Assembly (NCBI GenBank): GCA_010909165.1
Contig: VJWM01000019.1
Span: forward strand, 682,001 to 746,000
DNA: 64,000 nt
Direction: 5' to 3'
Origin: Anthoceros angustus
Taxonomy: Eukaryota; Plantae; Anthocerotophyta
In this document: positions 11,944-25,098 of the stretch, in pieces
Layout: every line of letters starts with the position of its first letter
Numbering within the stretch: position 1 is the stretch's first letter
Notes under the pieces: generated by a model
Databases searched by the model: none
The model's input: the letters and a program-made list of their open reading frames with translations, nothing else
What the model was told of the DNA's origin: nothing
Made by a program: the position numbers and the translations under genes

Positions 11944-14220
11944 CTAGTTCTTCAGCAAGTTCTTGAAGAACAGCTCGATGTCGATGGGAAGAGCGAACCC
12001 TCCATGACGCCGACCTTCATCATGTCCACGCTCTCTTTCCTGGCGGCTCGGCGGCAGGATGGCAGCATGCTTGATGCGGTGCTCCATCAACTCTGTCACA
12101 AGTTCTTCGCCGACGTTGAAGGCAGCCATGAGCAGTTCTCGCGGCATATTCCTCATCACATTATCTCCTCCAGCCATATGCATCTTGATGGGCCTGCATC
12201 CATCACAGCACAAAATGCACACGACGGAAGTTGGATCCCAAACCACACAGACTATAACACTGCAAACAGCCAGAAAGGACAGGGTTTTGGACATACAAAT
12301 CGGAGGTGGTGAAGGCCATGAGACGACATCCCTCGCGACCAGCTCGCTTGATCGCCGGATATCCCATGGGAATCATGATCATCTGCCCCTCCTGAAGCTC
12401 CTGGTCGTAGCAGCGTTCCCCGTTGGGCCTGAGCACCTGCACGCGCACGCTCCCCTTGCTGCAGTACACCAAGGTGTGCGCATTGCTCATGTACCCGGGG
12501 GCCACCATCGCTTCAGGCTCCAGGTCAGTTCTGATGGCTCCCAATCCAGTGTTCGCGCGCAGCGTCTTGAGCACCGGAAGGCGGAATCGGTTCAGCACAG
12601 TCATACACCCGCCCTCGCTGCTGTAGTGATCGCAGTTGGCCGTCTCCAGGTCGTACATGAAATGCATCATCGACATCGACTCCATGGACCCCCCGCTCTG
12701 GTCGTTCATACGGCGGCACTCCCTGTGCATGAGCTGGTGGAAGGAGTGATTCTCCTCCACCCGGATGATGCCCGTGCCCTTCTGGCTCGTCGTAAACCTC
12801 TCCACCGTCTGCTCGTCCACGTCCCAGGCCTGCGCCAGCATATCCTTGCTGAAGCCCTGCATCAAACCCCCGCATTGCTCTGTCCTGCCTCCCGCCAGCA
12901 TGAAGCTCTGCAGCACGAAGTCGGTTTGCACATTCAGATTCCATCACCTCACATTCATCCCCGGCCGTTTCTTGAAGCAAGCTCAAGACAAGATTACCAT
13001 AATCCACTCATGATGCTGCTATTGATCATTACTGGAGGTGCTAGTACACGCAATGATTCTGCCTTACCGTGCATCGTCCCCGCTCCACTGCCGCCAACGA
13101 TGTGTCCGCGATGGCGACGAGCTCGCACTCTCCACTGACCTCTTCCGGGTTCTCGCCGTGCTTCCGCCCGTGCCCTTCACGCTCGCGTTCGCGTTCGCGC
13201 TCTTCCTCCTCTCGTCGCTTGCGCTCGCGTTGGCGCTCGCCTTCCCGCTCACGGTCTTCCGCACGTTCGCGTTCTTCCTCCTCCCGGCGCCTGCGTTCAC
13301 GGCGCTCGCGCTCCTTCTCCTCCTCGCGTTCACGCCGTTCTTCCCGCTCCCGTTCCTCCTCGCGGCGCTTGCGCTCGCGCTCGCGCTGCTCCTGGCGCTC
13401 GCGTTCTTCCTTCTCTCGGCCGCCGTCCTTGCGTTCACGCTCGCGCTCACGTTCCTCTTCTTGGCGCTCACGCTCGCGCTCCTCCCGCCGGTGCCTGCGC
13501 TCGCGTCCTTCCTCCTCTTCGCGCTGGCGTTCTTCCTCCCGACGGCGGCGCTCGCGTTCGCGCTCCTCCTGCCGTTCACGATCTTCCTCGCGGCGGTGGC
13601 GCTCGCGCTCGCGTTCGCGTTCTCGCTCACGCTCCTCCTCACGTCGACCGTTGTCACGGCGGCGGCCACCTCCTCCGGTTTCTCCCGCGTTGTAGAACCA
13701 GTACACCATGCCGCGCGGGACGGCCACGACCTGGCCCTTCCTGATGATCCGATAGTCTCGGCGGGCGCCCATGGGGAGGCTCATCCCCATCATCGCCGAC
13801 CCTGCGGTCACCAACACAGTCCCAAGACAACATCCATCAGCAATCGGATCGCAAATCGCACCCCGCTGCATAGCAGAATGCACACATTGTATTGAATTTC
13901 GACAAACTGGAAGCAACTGCAGCTCGGATCCAATTGTGGAACAGGCACTGACCGCGGGTGCAGTAGATGAGGAGAGAGGAGTCGGTGTACTTCGGCAGCA
14001 ACAAGCCGCGCTCCCGGAGCTGGATCCGGCCGGCTTCCATGCCCGCATTCCTCAGCGCCTCATATCGGTCGGATCGCCACATGTCCAATCGGCCTCCCTC
14101 GGACTCGAACATCTTCTCGGCTTCCAGCGTCCCTCGGCTCTCCTCACGAGCCACCACTGTGGCCACCAGCGCGGCCAGCAGGAGGCTGGCCATCGCCACT
14201 CGCATCCTTCCCGTCGCCAT
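11944..14220 (-). CDS. Secreted legumin/11S-globulin-like bicupin with Arg/Glu-rich insert, paralog B. Exons 14220-13953, 13801-13068, 12907-12297, 12193-11944 (620 aa)
   Basis: Colinear with paralog A. Signal peptide MATGRMRVAMASLLLAALVATVVA, the same cupin motifs, GT-AG introns, open frame and C-terminus FFKNLLKN. Confidence 0.9.
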
Positions 14221-14300
14221 GGTCGCAACTTCGCTGTACACAGCTTCAACACCAAGCACTCGAGGCGCACACAGATGTGATTTGGGAAGCAGGGCCGGAC

Positions 14301-14480
14301 TTTATAACACCTGTTGGACCACTTCCATCCTCAAACGACGGGCAATTATCCCGCATGCAACTCACCGCTAAAAACTGTTGGCAAGCCTTGTGGTTCCCTA
14401 ACTCAAACTGCCGAAACATGTCTTCTGTTACTTCCCAAACCGGCACCATCACTGCCAGTTCCCTCCATGCTTTGAATCAG
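14301..14480 (-). promoter_or_regulatory. Promoter of paralog B: TATA (TTATAAA) and RY element CATGCA (14354-14359)
   Basis: Same order and similar spacing of motifs as in paralog A. Confidence 0.65.
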
Positions 14481-16739
14481 AAGCCTCCATGTCGAGCGTC
14501 CTCTCGCAGACAATTCGGGCCTCCCCGAGGAATACTACGGACTCCGTGCTAATAACCTAATAACTGAGCCGACCTTTCCTTTTCGTTTTCGTTGGCTTGA
14601 AGAGCTTCATGAAAATTCGGAAACTGGATAAGTTTCGGGTGGTAAGAGTGGGTGCAGAATTCAAACAGAACATGGATGTGCGGCTTTTCTTGGCTAGATT
14701 GAGCGTAACCTCCGAGGCTCCAAGTGAGGTGGTACATAAAATGCAATAGATGGTTTAAGCTATTCCTCCCAAGCAGGCCAGAGAGGATGAGGCACTACTT
14801 CAAGGGATGATTTCTACAAGAATGAGATCCAATTGATGCCGAACATGGGATGTGAGGCTTTTCCTGAGGCTAGATGAGCGTCAAGGCTCAAGTGAGTTGG
14901 TACAGATGGTTCGTTGCCGTGATGTTCGGAGGGCTGGACCGTAGGGGCCACAGGCACACCCTGACTACTCAGCTCCTAATTGAGGCTTTGTGGGCATTCC
15001 GCCCTCTTCTCTTGATTCCTAGATTCAGCATTTTTATGTGTGCTTATGAGTCGCTGCTTTCCGAGCTCAACTGTCCGAACAGTGGAAGGCATACTTACTT
15101 ATGTTTGATGACCCACAGATTCTGAACAGAGTCCTTACCCACGTCGCCCCTCACTACAGAACGTTCACCCTCACTTGATCGCCAGGCGTTCCGCTTCAAG
15201 TTGTTAAAATGCATAATTTATGCCTGATTGAGCCTAGCCCAAGCCCCGGCACGGATAACATCTTTGGGCCGACGCCGGGCCTCATCAATAATGCTTTTGA
15301 GTTAAATTATGATCGCTTTCATATGAAAACGATGAAACTTTTATCATTCTTTACTACGGTTTTCCCATGAGGTAGTATGGTGAACAAAACGAATATATTT
15401 CCTAAAAATAAATTACATTCTGATTATTATGTTATCATTGGTATCCAATTATATATAATTCAGAAATATATTAGACAGTTTTGAATAGTTTGTTATCATT
15501 AGTTAGTTCCACAAAGTGTCAAAGTTATGAACAAATATCCTTGAAATTCATTGATACAAAAGAAACAAACTTCCTAACATTTGCAAACACACTAGGAACT
15601 TAATTGTACCATCCCCAATTCTCAATGTCCTCAATGCGGTTACTCTTTACTTACAATAATATTTGAGAACCTTCTCAATGAATTCAGAAATCACAAAATA
15701 AGTTGGAGATCACTAAATTGAGTTCATAAGTAACAACAAACTAAGAGCTTCACCTTAGCCTACGATTCATTTCCCTCATGTCTCAACTAGTTCTTGTTTT
15801 CTTTAACATACATGTTTCTATGCCAGTGAAGTAGTCTTTTTTCTACCAAATTTTATCCTCATTTTCCATAAGTACTCAGGTCATGCTTGTAAGTCCTTAT
15901 TTTTCCCAACTAGATGATCAACTATATCCAATTTTCCAATAGTCAACATTGTTTTCTAACAATAAATTCAACTCTCTAACATAAAAGATGTACCGCAATG
16001 TAAAACTCAACTTCACAATATATGTATCGAATTTCCCAAATGAATTCACCATTTTCCAAGTAGAGTCTTGCTTTTCCAAGTGGGTTGATATCTTCTCAAG
16101 TAGCTTTATGAATCGTTAAATACAAGTAACAATTATTTTCCCAACAAAAAATGACTACTTTAAGAGTGAATGTTCATTTTTTGAAATCTTCCCAACAAGA
16201 TTACTCATTTCCTCAACAATAAAGTCAATCTTCCCAACACAACGGCCCAACTTCCATGTGATTTCTCAATTAAAAAACTATAAACATCTTCTATGATTAG
16301 AAATGCCATGCCCAACTTCCCTACGAGAGATACTCATTTCCCCTAAGAAATTACTGTATTCTCATTTGAAGGCGTACTTTGCCAATTGACTTGCCCATAA
16401 CACCATAATTCTGTAAGGAGGTTAATATATACTATGGGGTTTTTTGTCTTTTATACGCCTAAGGGGGTTTCCAATGGGTCTTGAATGAGGGGTTTCTGGC
16501 ACTTTGTTCAAAAAAGGCCTTAGAAAAAGGGTGGACACTTGCGCTGAACATAACATTCATGTCCATATCATGCCGGCAAAGGGTATGGAACCATAGATTG
16601 TCCTTCAGTTTAGGCCTAGTTAATGCCCATGTATGAGGAGCATTAGTGCCGGTAAAGTTGTAAAATTATGAGCATTCTACGACAAATCTATGGCTAAGCA
16701 TGGTAAGAATAGCTTCCACCTTCGGGTTTTACACAAGAC

Positions 16740-18460
16740 TTTGTAGGCCACCGGGTTCACCTGTTGTGTGATGTGAAACGGGCCGGTGAATCGGTAGGAG
16801 AGCTTGCTCTTCTTCTGGACTAGTGATGGGTATCGGTGTGTCTTCATTCGGAGCCATACTAGCTACCCCACGTGGTAAGTGACTGCCCGCCGATGCTTGT
16901 TAGCCGATTTGCTGTAGCGGTCTTGGGCGGCTGTTAGTTTCTTCTGTGCTTGCTGAATCTCGTGGAAGATATCTTCCGCCAGTTTAGCTGCACTCTACCG
17001 TTTTCTCTGTGCAGAGGGCTGCAAACCAGGTGGAGGCGGACACTCACCATCAAGAAGCTTGAAGGGAGCAACGCTTGTGGCAGTATGGCGGGAGGTGTTG
17101 TACGCAGATTCCAATAATGGTATCATCGCTTCCAATTAACCTTGCTTCTCATGAGTGAAATGTTGCAACATGTCTTCTAAGACGATTGTGGTTCTCCGCT
17201 TGTCCATCCGACTGGGGTGGCATGAAGAGGAGAGGTTTTGTTGTATGCTCAATGTCTCGGTGAAGGTCCTCCAAAACCCTGAAGTGAACTTTGTGTCCCT
17301 GTCTGACACGATCCTGTCCGGGGTTCCGTGTAAACGGAAAATCTCTGATGAATAAGCGGGCGGTGAATCGGTAGGAGAGCTTGCTCTTCTTGGACTAGTG
17401 ATGGTATCGGTGTGTCTTCATTCGAGCCATACTAGCTACCCGTGGTAAGTAGCGCTTGTTAGCCGATTCTTTGCGGTCTTGGCGGTATTAGTTTCTTCGT
17501 TGAATCTAAGTGGAAGATATCTTCCGATTTAGCACTCTACCGTTTTCTGCAATGTGCAAACCAGGTGGAGGCGGACACTCACCATCAAGAAGCTTGAAGG
17601 GAGCAACGCTTGTGGCAGTATGGCGGGAGGGGTTGTACGCAGATTCCAATAATGGTATCATCGCTTCCAATTAACCTTGCTTCTCATGAGTGAAATGTTG
17701 CAACATGTCTTCTAAGACCTGATTGTGGTTCTCCGTTTGTCCATCTGACTCGGGGTGGCATGAAGAGGAGAGGTTTTGTTGTATGCTCAATGTCTCGGTG
17801 AAGGTCCTCCAAAACCCTGAAGTGAACTTTGTGTCCCTGTCTGACACGATCCTGTCTGGGGTTCCGTGTAAACGGAAAATCTCTGTGATGAATAACTGGG
17901 CCAGTTTTGCTGCCAAAACCGTTGCCGTGGTCTGGATGAGGTGGCATGCCTTGGACAAACGGTCCATGACCACCCTTCTGCTATTCTTACCAGATCGAGT
18001 CCGGAGAAGATGTGTGATGAAGTCCATCGAGATGGATTGGAACCTGCTTGTTGGTATCTGCAAGGGTAACAACAAGCCGGGTTGTTTCTGATTTTCGGTA
18101 GCGGACCGAGTTGATGGTATCAGCTCTTAAGCCATCCCAATAGAAATGCTCCTTCACCTGTGCATATGTCTTGTCTATGCCGAGATGTCCAAGGATGGGG
18201 CTGGCATGTAGATCATGGAGAATTGCTCTCATCACATCTGATAGCTGCTGAGGTATGACCAGGCGTCCCTTCCTATACAAACAAGCATCTTTGATGGTGT
18301 ATTCTTGCATGAGGCTAGTGGGTACACCTGTATGAGCATTTGTTAATAATTGTTGATATGTTGCCCAATGTAGGGTCTTGGGGGAGGGACTCCCTGACTT
18401 GACGTATGGTGTCCAGCTGGGTAGTCATGAGAGAACAGGCTCTATGACTGAGGGCGTCTA
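16740..18460 (-). mobile_element. Ty3/gypsy integrase region (partly duplicated in tandem)
   Basis: HASPILGHLGIDKTY (HHCC finger), ISMDFIT...VMDRLSKACH, IVSDRDTKFTSGFW, HPESDGQTE and KLSYRFTGPFHITQQVNPVAYK (GPF motif). Confidence 0.92.
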
Positions 18461-18461
18461 C

Positions 18462-18935
18462 CGAGTTGGGAAGATGACAAAACGGTTGGCAAAATGGTTA
18501 ACCGGGTTGGAAATTGTGGCAATGTAGTTCAGAACATGGGCCACTGGATTGGCAACGTGGGTAACCCGGTTTGGAATTTCTGGCACCTAGTTGGCAACAT
18601 GGAGAACCCGGCTAGGAAAATTGGCAACCTAGTTTTGAACTTTGGACATCTAATTGGCAACGTTTTCCACCCAGTTGGGTAGATTAACTCTAGAGTTGGG
18701 AACATCGGCAACTTCATAGAGAACCCAAGCCACCTAATTCCAAACATTCGCAACCTTATTGGGAATATTAGCAACTTGATTGAGAATGTAAACAACTTCG
18801 TTGGGAACATTATAAACCTCGTTGGGAACCTTAACAACGTCTCTAAATTGCACTCAACCTTGTTAGGAACATAAGTGGCTTCATGGGTATACAACAAACC
18901 TTGTTAAGGTGGTCGGCATGTTTGTTGAGAACATG
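18462..18935. repeat. Degenerate 21-bp-period minisatellite (gttgggaa/gttggcaa cores)
   Basis: Translates as LVGNxxN heptads. Complementary ttcccaac cores occur at ~15.6-16.4 kb. Confidence 0.65.
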
Positions 18936-19809
18936 GAACACCATAATTCTGTAAGGAGGTTAATATACGAACCTCTTTCTTTTAGTTTTGAACCCCCTTA
19001 ACGAAATCGACACAGTCCTTAAAAGAGGGTTTTAGCCCATTCTTAATGACATTACCCTTGTTGTTCCGTCCACAAACAGAAAGTCTGCATTCTTTCCATT
19101 GACATGATAGAGAGCCTGTCTACGGCGCCGGCCGGCCAGTGCCTCCGTGATGTGTTCATGGACACCATTCAATAAATTCAGATCAAAACTACATGGTTCT
19201 ACTTTGGAAAGAAACAAAACCGAAGGTTGTGTGTGAACGCCAACATGGCGACGTCCACATCGACTAGGACAAAAACGGTAAACTTTAAAACAAGCATATG
19301 CAAGCGGCTTTGCCGCGAATGGTCCCTCATGAGGACCAATCTGTAACTCATCCGGGCTTTGAGCCAACACTGAATGTATGACCACTTCTAAGTTCCACAT
19401 GTGCTCCACTTCCGGGTCATCAAAACCGTCATTCTTGCCTATGGACTTGGTGTCTTCATTCTCCCCAACTTCTGCCTTGTCAAGCACTTTGCGTAAGCGT
19501 CCGGCAACTGTGGTCGTAACCTATGCATCATTCCTTTGCCGTTTTGGTTTACGAGGACGTTTTCGCCTGCCCGGGTTTTAGCTTTCACGGGTTTGAATCA
19601 TTGCCTTCATCAAACAAGTAACCCATTCCCTCAACCGTTTGAATGTATCTTTAAATTGAATGAGCAAAAATATGATATCTTTCACATGTCAAATCACAAT
19701 GTACAGCCTTGGTCGATCGCAAAGATGGTGTCCAAGACTGAAACACATGCCTAGGAGCTATGACCTCCACAATATACTGGTCGCGGCCTCCAATGAGCTT
19801 GATATGTCG

Positions 19810-20167
19810 CACTTTCCATGTCTCCATGCTGAAGCCGATGGTCGAGCATCCGCCTCACTTCAAGCAACCTTCAGACGGGACGTAGGTACCTCAGAACCCT
19901 GCACCCCCCCTCTCCGATGTCTTGCCACAGAGCCTGGAGGCCACCACAGCCCCGACACCGGTACCTACCAGCCAAACAGCTCAGCATCGCGATCAGCTTT
20001 CAGCACACAAGCCCAACAGAATACTATGGTATCGACACAAGAAGCTCCACACCCATACCATCACAGATTACCTGGTGGGATGGAGCGGCGAACCAGATGA
20101 CCTCGCGTCCTGGGAAACCGCCAAATGGTGCCAACGCTTTCTGTGGGCTACGGACTCCTCTTGGGGG
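19810..20167 (+). mobile_element. Ty3/gypsy (chromovirus) integrase C-terminus and chromodomain
   Basis: TFHVSMLKP followed by PNRILWYRHKKLHTHTITDYLVGWSGEPDDLASWE (YLVxWxG...SWE chromodomain signature). Confidence 0.85.
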
Positions 20168-23100
20168 TTAGGAAATAAGTTGGGTTTTGTTTTTTTCGTA
20201 GGTTCGAAGTGTAAAATAAGGCGGAAAAGGAGGAATAAGCAGACGGCACTCCGGACTGTGCTCCGGAGTGCAGTCCGGACTCCGGAGTAGGTAACGGACC
20301 CCGGTACCACTACGAAGAACCTCGGACCGCGCACCGGGGTATTGGGATAAGTCCGGACCCCACTCCGGGTCAAAACAGGATAAGTACGCCAGGGAAAGTA
20401 ACTTAGAAGTTGGGTCGTGAGTTAGACTGAGCGGCGCCACGTGGACGGCCCGGAATGGAAGACGGCATGCAGCAGCCAACAAGGAGGTTCGGTCTAAGAG
20501 CCTTGAGAGGAAGGCGGAAGGCGGATAGGCGGCAAGGCCGCAGTAGGCAGCGTAAGGCGAGTAGGCGGGCGTAAGGCGAGAGTAAGCCATGCGGGCCCAG
20601 CGATTATGGATAGCAAGAGCCACCCCTCCGCTGCTACTCCGACACGGAGGCAAGGCGGAGGTCATTCTCCCAAGTAACTTCGCAGCGATCTTCGCCTGCT
20701 CTCGCGCTCAGACACCCGGCCCTCTGGCGTTGTCTTTTTGATCACCCAGGCACCCTTCGGCGCAGCTCGACTTCGCGGAGGAAGCAATTGACGCCGCGGC
20801 CAAGGAGCGGACGACTGCGGAACCTCACACTCCAACAGCGGGGCAGAAGGAGCGGGGAGATGGGACCCAAGAAAGCGGCGGAGGTCTGGGCGCCATGGAA
20901 CTTGGTGGAGCGCAACATTGTCACCCGGCGCTATCCGGACTTCGGGCCGTGGCTGGAGGAGGCGGGGGAGTTGGTCGAGGAGTGGCACCTGGACGTTTTC
21001 CAGGCTGTCTGGACATTTGACAGTGTCACCCTAGTCCGGGAGTACGCCCGGAAGATGTTGGCAGCAGCCAACAAGGAGGTTCGGTCTAAGAGCCTTCGAG
21101 AGGACCCCAGGAGGTGGACAGTGGAGGTCCTGAGGGCGGTGTACAACCGCCCAGCGGAGGAAATTGGGGGCGTAGTCCCAGAACCCCTCAAGGCCAGAGG
21201 GAAGATAGAGGCGGCAAAGGCCGCCCTACTGAAGCCAGGAACGCAACGGACCACCAATGGCTGGCTGATGTCGGAGTTGCTAGACAGGAGGGTGCGAGCA
21301 GTGGCCAGGATAATTGTCCACTGGAACATGCTCACCAAGGTAGATCACCTTGGTGACAATCTGCTGGTGTTCCTGCATGCGCTACTGAGAGGAAGGCGGA
21401 TCGGGAAGGATCATCTTCGCCAGATCAATCATGAAGCTCACAAGCTGAGGTGTGAGAAGCCTCCTCCGTCGGCGTTATCGCCGTTCTTAATTCATGTGGG
21501 CACGCGACCTCAAGGAGGGAAGAGGAGCGCGACCAAGGGACCGCCGCCTACCGGAGGCGTAAGGAAGAACCAGAGGTGGAAGCCCGGCCCGTCCGAGCAA
21601 GAGGGCGGAGGAGGAAGGCGGATAGGCGGGAGGAGGAATCCCGATTCCATACCTTTGGAGCGGACTCCCTCGCCACCAAGGGAAGTGTGGGAGGACATCC
21701 CCGCTTCCCTCCTCCTGGTGCCCCACCGAGCAAGAGGCGGCGGAGGCGGCCCTGTGAGGTGGAGGAGGCGGCCCGGCTGCACAGCCCCACCGCCCCACGA
21801 CGGCCGATGAGCCCCGACGGACTCGTCGGGGGCCGAAGAGGCGGAAGACGGTGCCACCCGCCAACGCAACACCGGACGGCGCCTGTGCCCTTGCCCCTGC
21901 CAACGGAGTGGCAAGAAGTCAAGAGGCGGTGAGAAGGCGAAGGCGGGGAGGCCGAGGAGGCGGGGAGGCCAGGCAGCCCCACCCGAGCCGGGTCCTGCCT
22001 CCGACGGGAGAGGCAAGAGGTCGCTCGAACCCCTCACCCTCCGAGCCCCAGGAGAAAGAGGGCGAACAAGGAATTGGCGGCCAAGAGGGCCAAAGAAGGT
22101 GAGGCTCCGGACCTCGGTACTCAGGACCTAAGGGCCCTGATTAGGACCGGAGAGCCCAGCCCGGACTCGCTCCGGACTGCGGTATGGAGGTCCTTGGCGG
22201 ACCGAGAGATGCCCGCCCCCACAACGGACTTCTTGGGGGCCTCACCAGTGGCAGCCGTGGAAGAGACACGGCGGGTCCTGGCTACCGTCATGGACGGTAT
22301 GCTCTGGGGTCTCTGCGGGACGGCCGAGAAGACCCAGGAGGTGGAAGCCACAAGGAGGCGCATGGTGCTCCTCCGGGAGGCGAGATGGAGGCGGCCCTGT
22401 GAGGCGAGGAGGAAGGCGAAGCCTCGGCCGCATCGAGGAAGGGAAGCGCCGGAGGCCGGAGGAAGTCCGTCCATTCGACAGATCGACTAAGTTTCTTCAC
22501 CGTGAGTGAGCACAAGGCGCATAGTGCTCCTCCGGGAGGCCCAAGCACGGCCGAGGATCTCGCCAACGGAGGAGGCGCAGCAGAGGCGGAGAGGGCTCGA
22601 GACCTAGGCGGGAGGCCGAGGCGGAAGATGCCACCCGCCAACGGAGTGGCAAGAAGTCAAGAGGCGGAGAGGGCTCGAGACCTAGGCGGAAGCGGAAGCC
22701 AAGAAGGTCGACCGGGATCACTATCGACGTGATCGAACCGGTGGAGGAGGCGGCCGGGAGGCGGAAGATGCCACCCGCCAACCTCAAGGCCGAGGCGGAA
22801 GGAAGGAGGAGGAGAACGCCGAGCCGTGAGGAGGCGGAGGAGGAAGCACCCGGGAGATCGGGGACCTCGAGTGCAGTGCAGGAGGTAGAGGCGGCGGGGA
22901 GGCGGAGGACAAGAAGGATACCTTGAGCCGCAACTCCAAGACGACGGAGCAGCAGGGGTTCTCAACGAGAGAATCCAAGACTTCGAGGAGATAGAGCGCC
23001 CAGCCCGCTTGAAGACGGAGGAGAATAGGCGACGGTGCAAGGAGTTTGATGTCGCGAGGCTGCAGCGGGAGGTGGAGGAAGTCAGGAGTCGGACGGGGAT

Positions 23101-25098
23101 ACCGGCCCGCCTGGAGAAGGAAGTAGCGGACCTCCGGGAAAGGATAACGGAGGGAAGAAAGCACTTGAGGAGAAGCAACGGCTGCCGTCCAGTGAAGTGA
23201 GAGGAGCTCGGCTCCATGGCCCGCAACCGCAGAGCCGAACACGGGAGGAGGAGAACGCCGAGCCAAGGCCGCAGGAGGTGACGGAGGCCGCCTTGACGCA
23301 TCAAGGAGTCCGCCCGCCTACGGTTGGTAAGCTTAGCCACGGACGGCCAGCCGACAACATGCCCACCGGAGCACCTCCGAGGAGGGGAGTACCGGTGCTC
23401 CGGCTCATGTGGAGGAGGCGATTCAACAAGTCGATTCCGACCGCCTATTACCACGCAGAGCTCCTCAAGGCTTTGAGGTCCCGCGCCACCCCAGGCGGAG
23501 GTGGACTTCGGAAGGCGGAAGGAAGGAGGAAGGACTGGGACAGCAGCCCACGGGACCCTAGGAGGCGGAGAGGGCTCGAGACCTAGGCGGGAGGCGAGGA
23601 GAGCAGCGGAGGAGCCGGAGAAAGGGTCACTACATCGGAGGTAAGCACTCGGCACCCTTGCGGAAGGAAGGAGGAGGATCCTGGGAGGCCATGGAAGGGG
23701 CGAACCGGGCATTCGGAACCAAGGGAGGGCTCGGTGGATGAGCCGTGATCGCCCGGGAGGAGGCGTAACAGAGCCATTGGGTGGACTTTGTCCGGACTCG
23801 AGGAAAGGCCGGCTCAAGTCCGCCCTCAAGGAAGTCCGGACTTAGAGATCCAGGACTCTAGTGACGAGACGGACCACGAGGTCCGGACTCTAGGGAAGGG
23901 TTGGGTCCAAGACCGGACCCGAGGCAAGTCCGGACCCGAGGTCCGAACTCGGAAAGGAGGCGGAAGGAGGCCGGACCCAGGCCGGACCTAGAGGTCCGGA
24001 CTGGAGTCGAGACGGGTCCCGAGGTCCCGACTGTGGAGTGGGGAGAGCCACCAATCACCACCCCAGATCAGCCTTGAGGGCCTGCGCAGGGCCCGCCAGA
24101 GATAAGAGAGGAGGGGAGGAGGACTTGGTGGTGGCCGGACCCGAGGCAAGTCTGGAACCCGAGGTCCCGACTCGGGGAGAGGAAGGGGTCCCGCCTCGCG
24201 GATCATCCGATTGGGTGCGCCGCAGTCGTCAGGGCTCGGCTTTGGGCCGCCGGTGCCAAGAAGGAATTAGGGGCCATCCCAGTCCCACCACCGACGGCGG
24301 AGATAGGGGGGATAAGGAGGATAGTAGGCAGCCGGTTAGGGCACACTGAGCTGCCCCTCAGCCCAGAATAGAGGTGTAATAAAGGCGCCGACCTTCGGCG
24401 TAGTATAAGAGGGCTGAGGCTGCTCTGAATAAATCATCTTCTCTTGGTGTTGATGCGCGTTTTCCTTACGGACCCTTGTGCGCCTTTCTTGCTAACGTGA
24501 GTCCCGAGTCACTGAAAGGTGCACGATGAGAGATCGATCAAGGTCCCGTGACGGACCCTAACGTGTAGTTGTGTGTGCAGGAAGAGCGATCGGGGACCCT
24601 TGTTCGTCGAGGCGGCCAGTCGAACGGACCGGAACGTGTGAGCTGGAGGAACTCCGGGAGGGCGTGCAGAGCCCGGACGGAGAGACCCGGCAAGAGCGAT
24701 GGAGGAGCTCCGGACTGTGCGGCTACTCGCGTTTTTCCCAAGGTTGATGAGGGTAGTGTGAGTGGTGAGAGGAACGGACTAGAGGAACGGGTGACAAGCG
24801 TAAGCGATACGGACGCGAACGGGTCCTTAAACGTTTGGCCACACCGGGCCTGTTCGGTGGACATTACGAGTAGTTAGGCGCAAAATGACGGATGTGTGTG
24901 TTGAGGCTGAACGTTCATAAAGTGAGGTGAGAATCGATTGAAACGCGGCAAATGGAGCCTATCATTCTCTTGGGAGCGGACTCATTACTACAACGACACG
25001 GGATTGTGCGCGCCCGGCTGGCCGTCAGCGAAAGTCGCGCCACACTTTCCTTAGCTCCGCGCAGCCCTTGATGGTCAAGAGGACCAGACCATGCTTAG
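20168..25098 (+). mobile_element. GC-rich retroelement-associated region carrying an extra ORF (starts MGPKK at 20860; frameshifted coiled-coil portion downstream)
   Basis: Lies between the chromodomain and PPT/LTR. Homologous pieces occur at 42.5-43.5 kb and 45-47.3 kb. Contains gaggtccgga-type subrepeats. Confidence 0.7.

Noticed and set aside
14793-14966. U3 snoRNA-like box A/B/C/D resemblances
   Set aside because: Every box except CTGA is imperfect, the span is short, and part is a local direct repeat of 14665-14740. An Infernal RF00012 hit would be needed.
19032-19700. 151-aa minus-strand ORF between the gypsy pieces
   Set aside because: No motif recognised and it lacks an ATG start.
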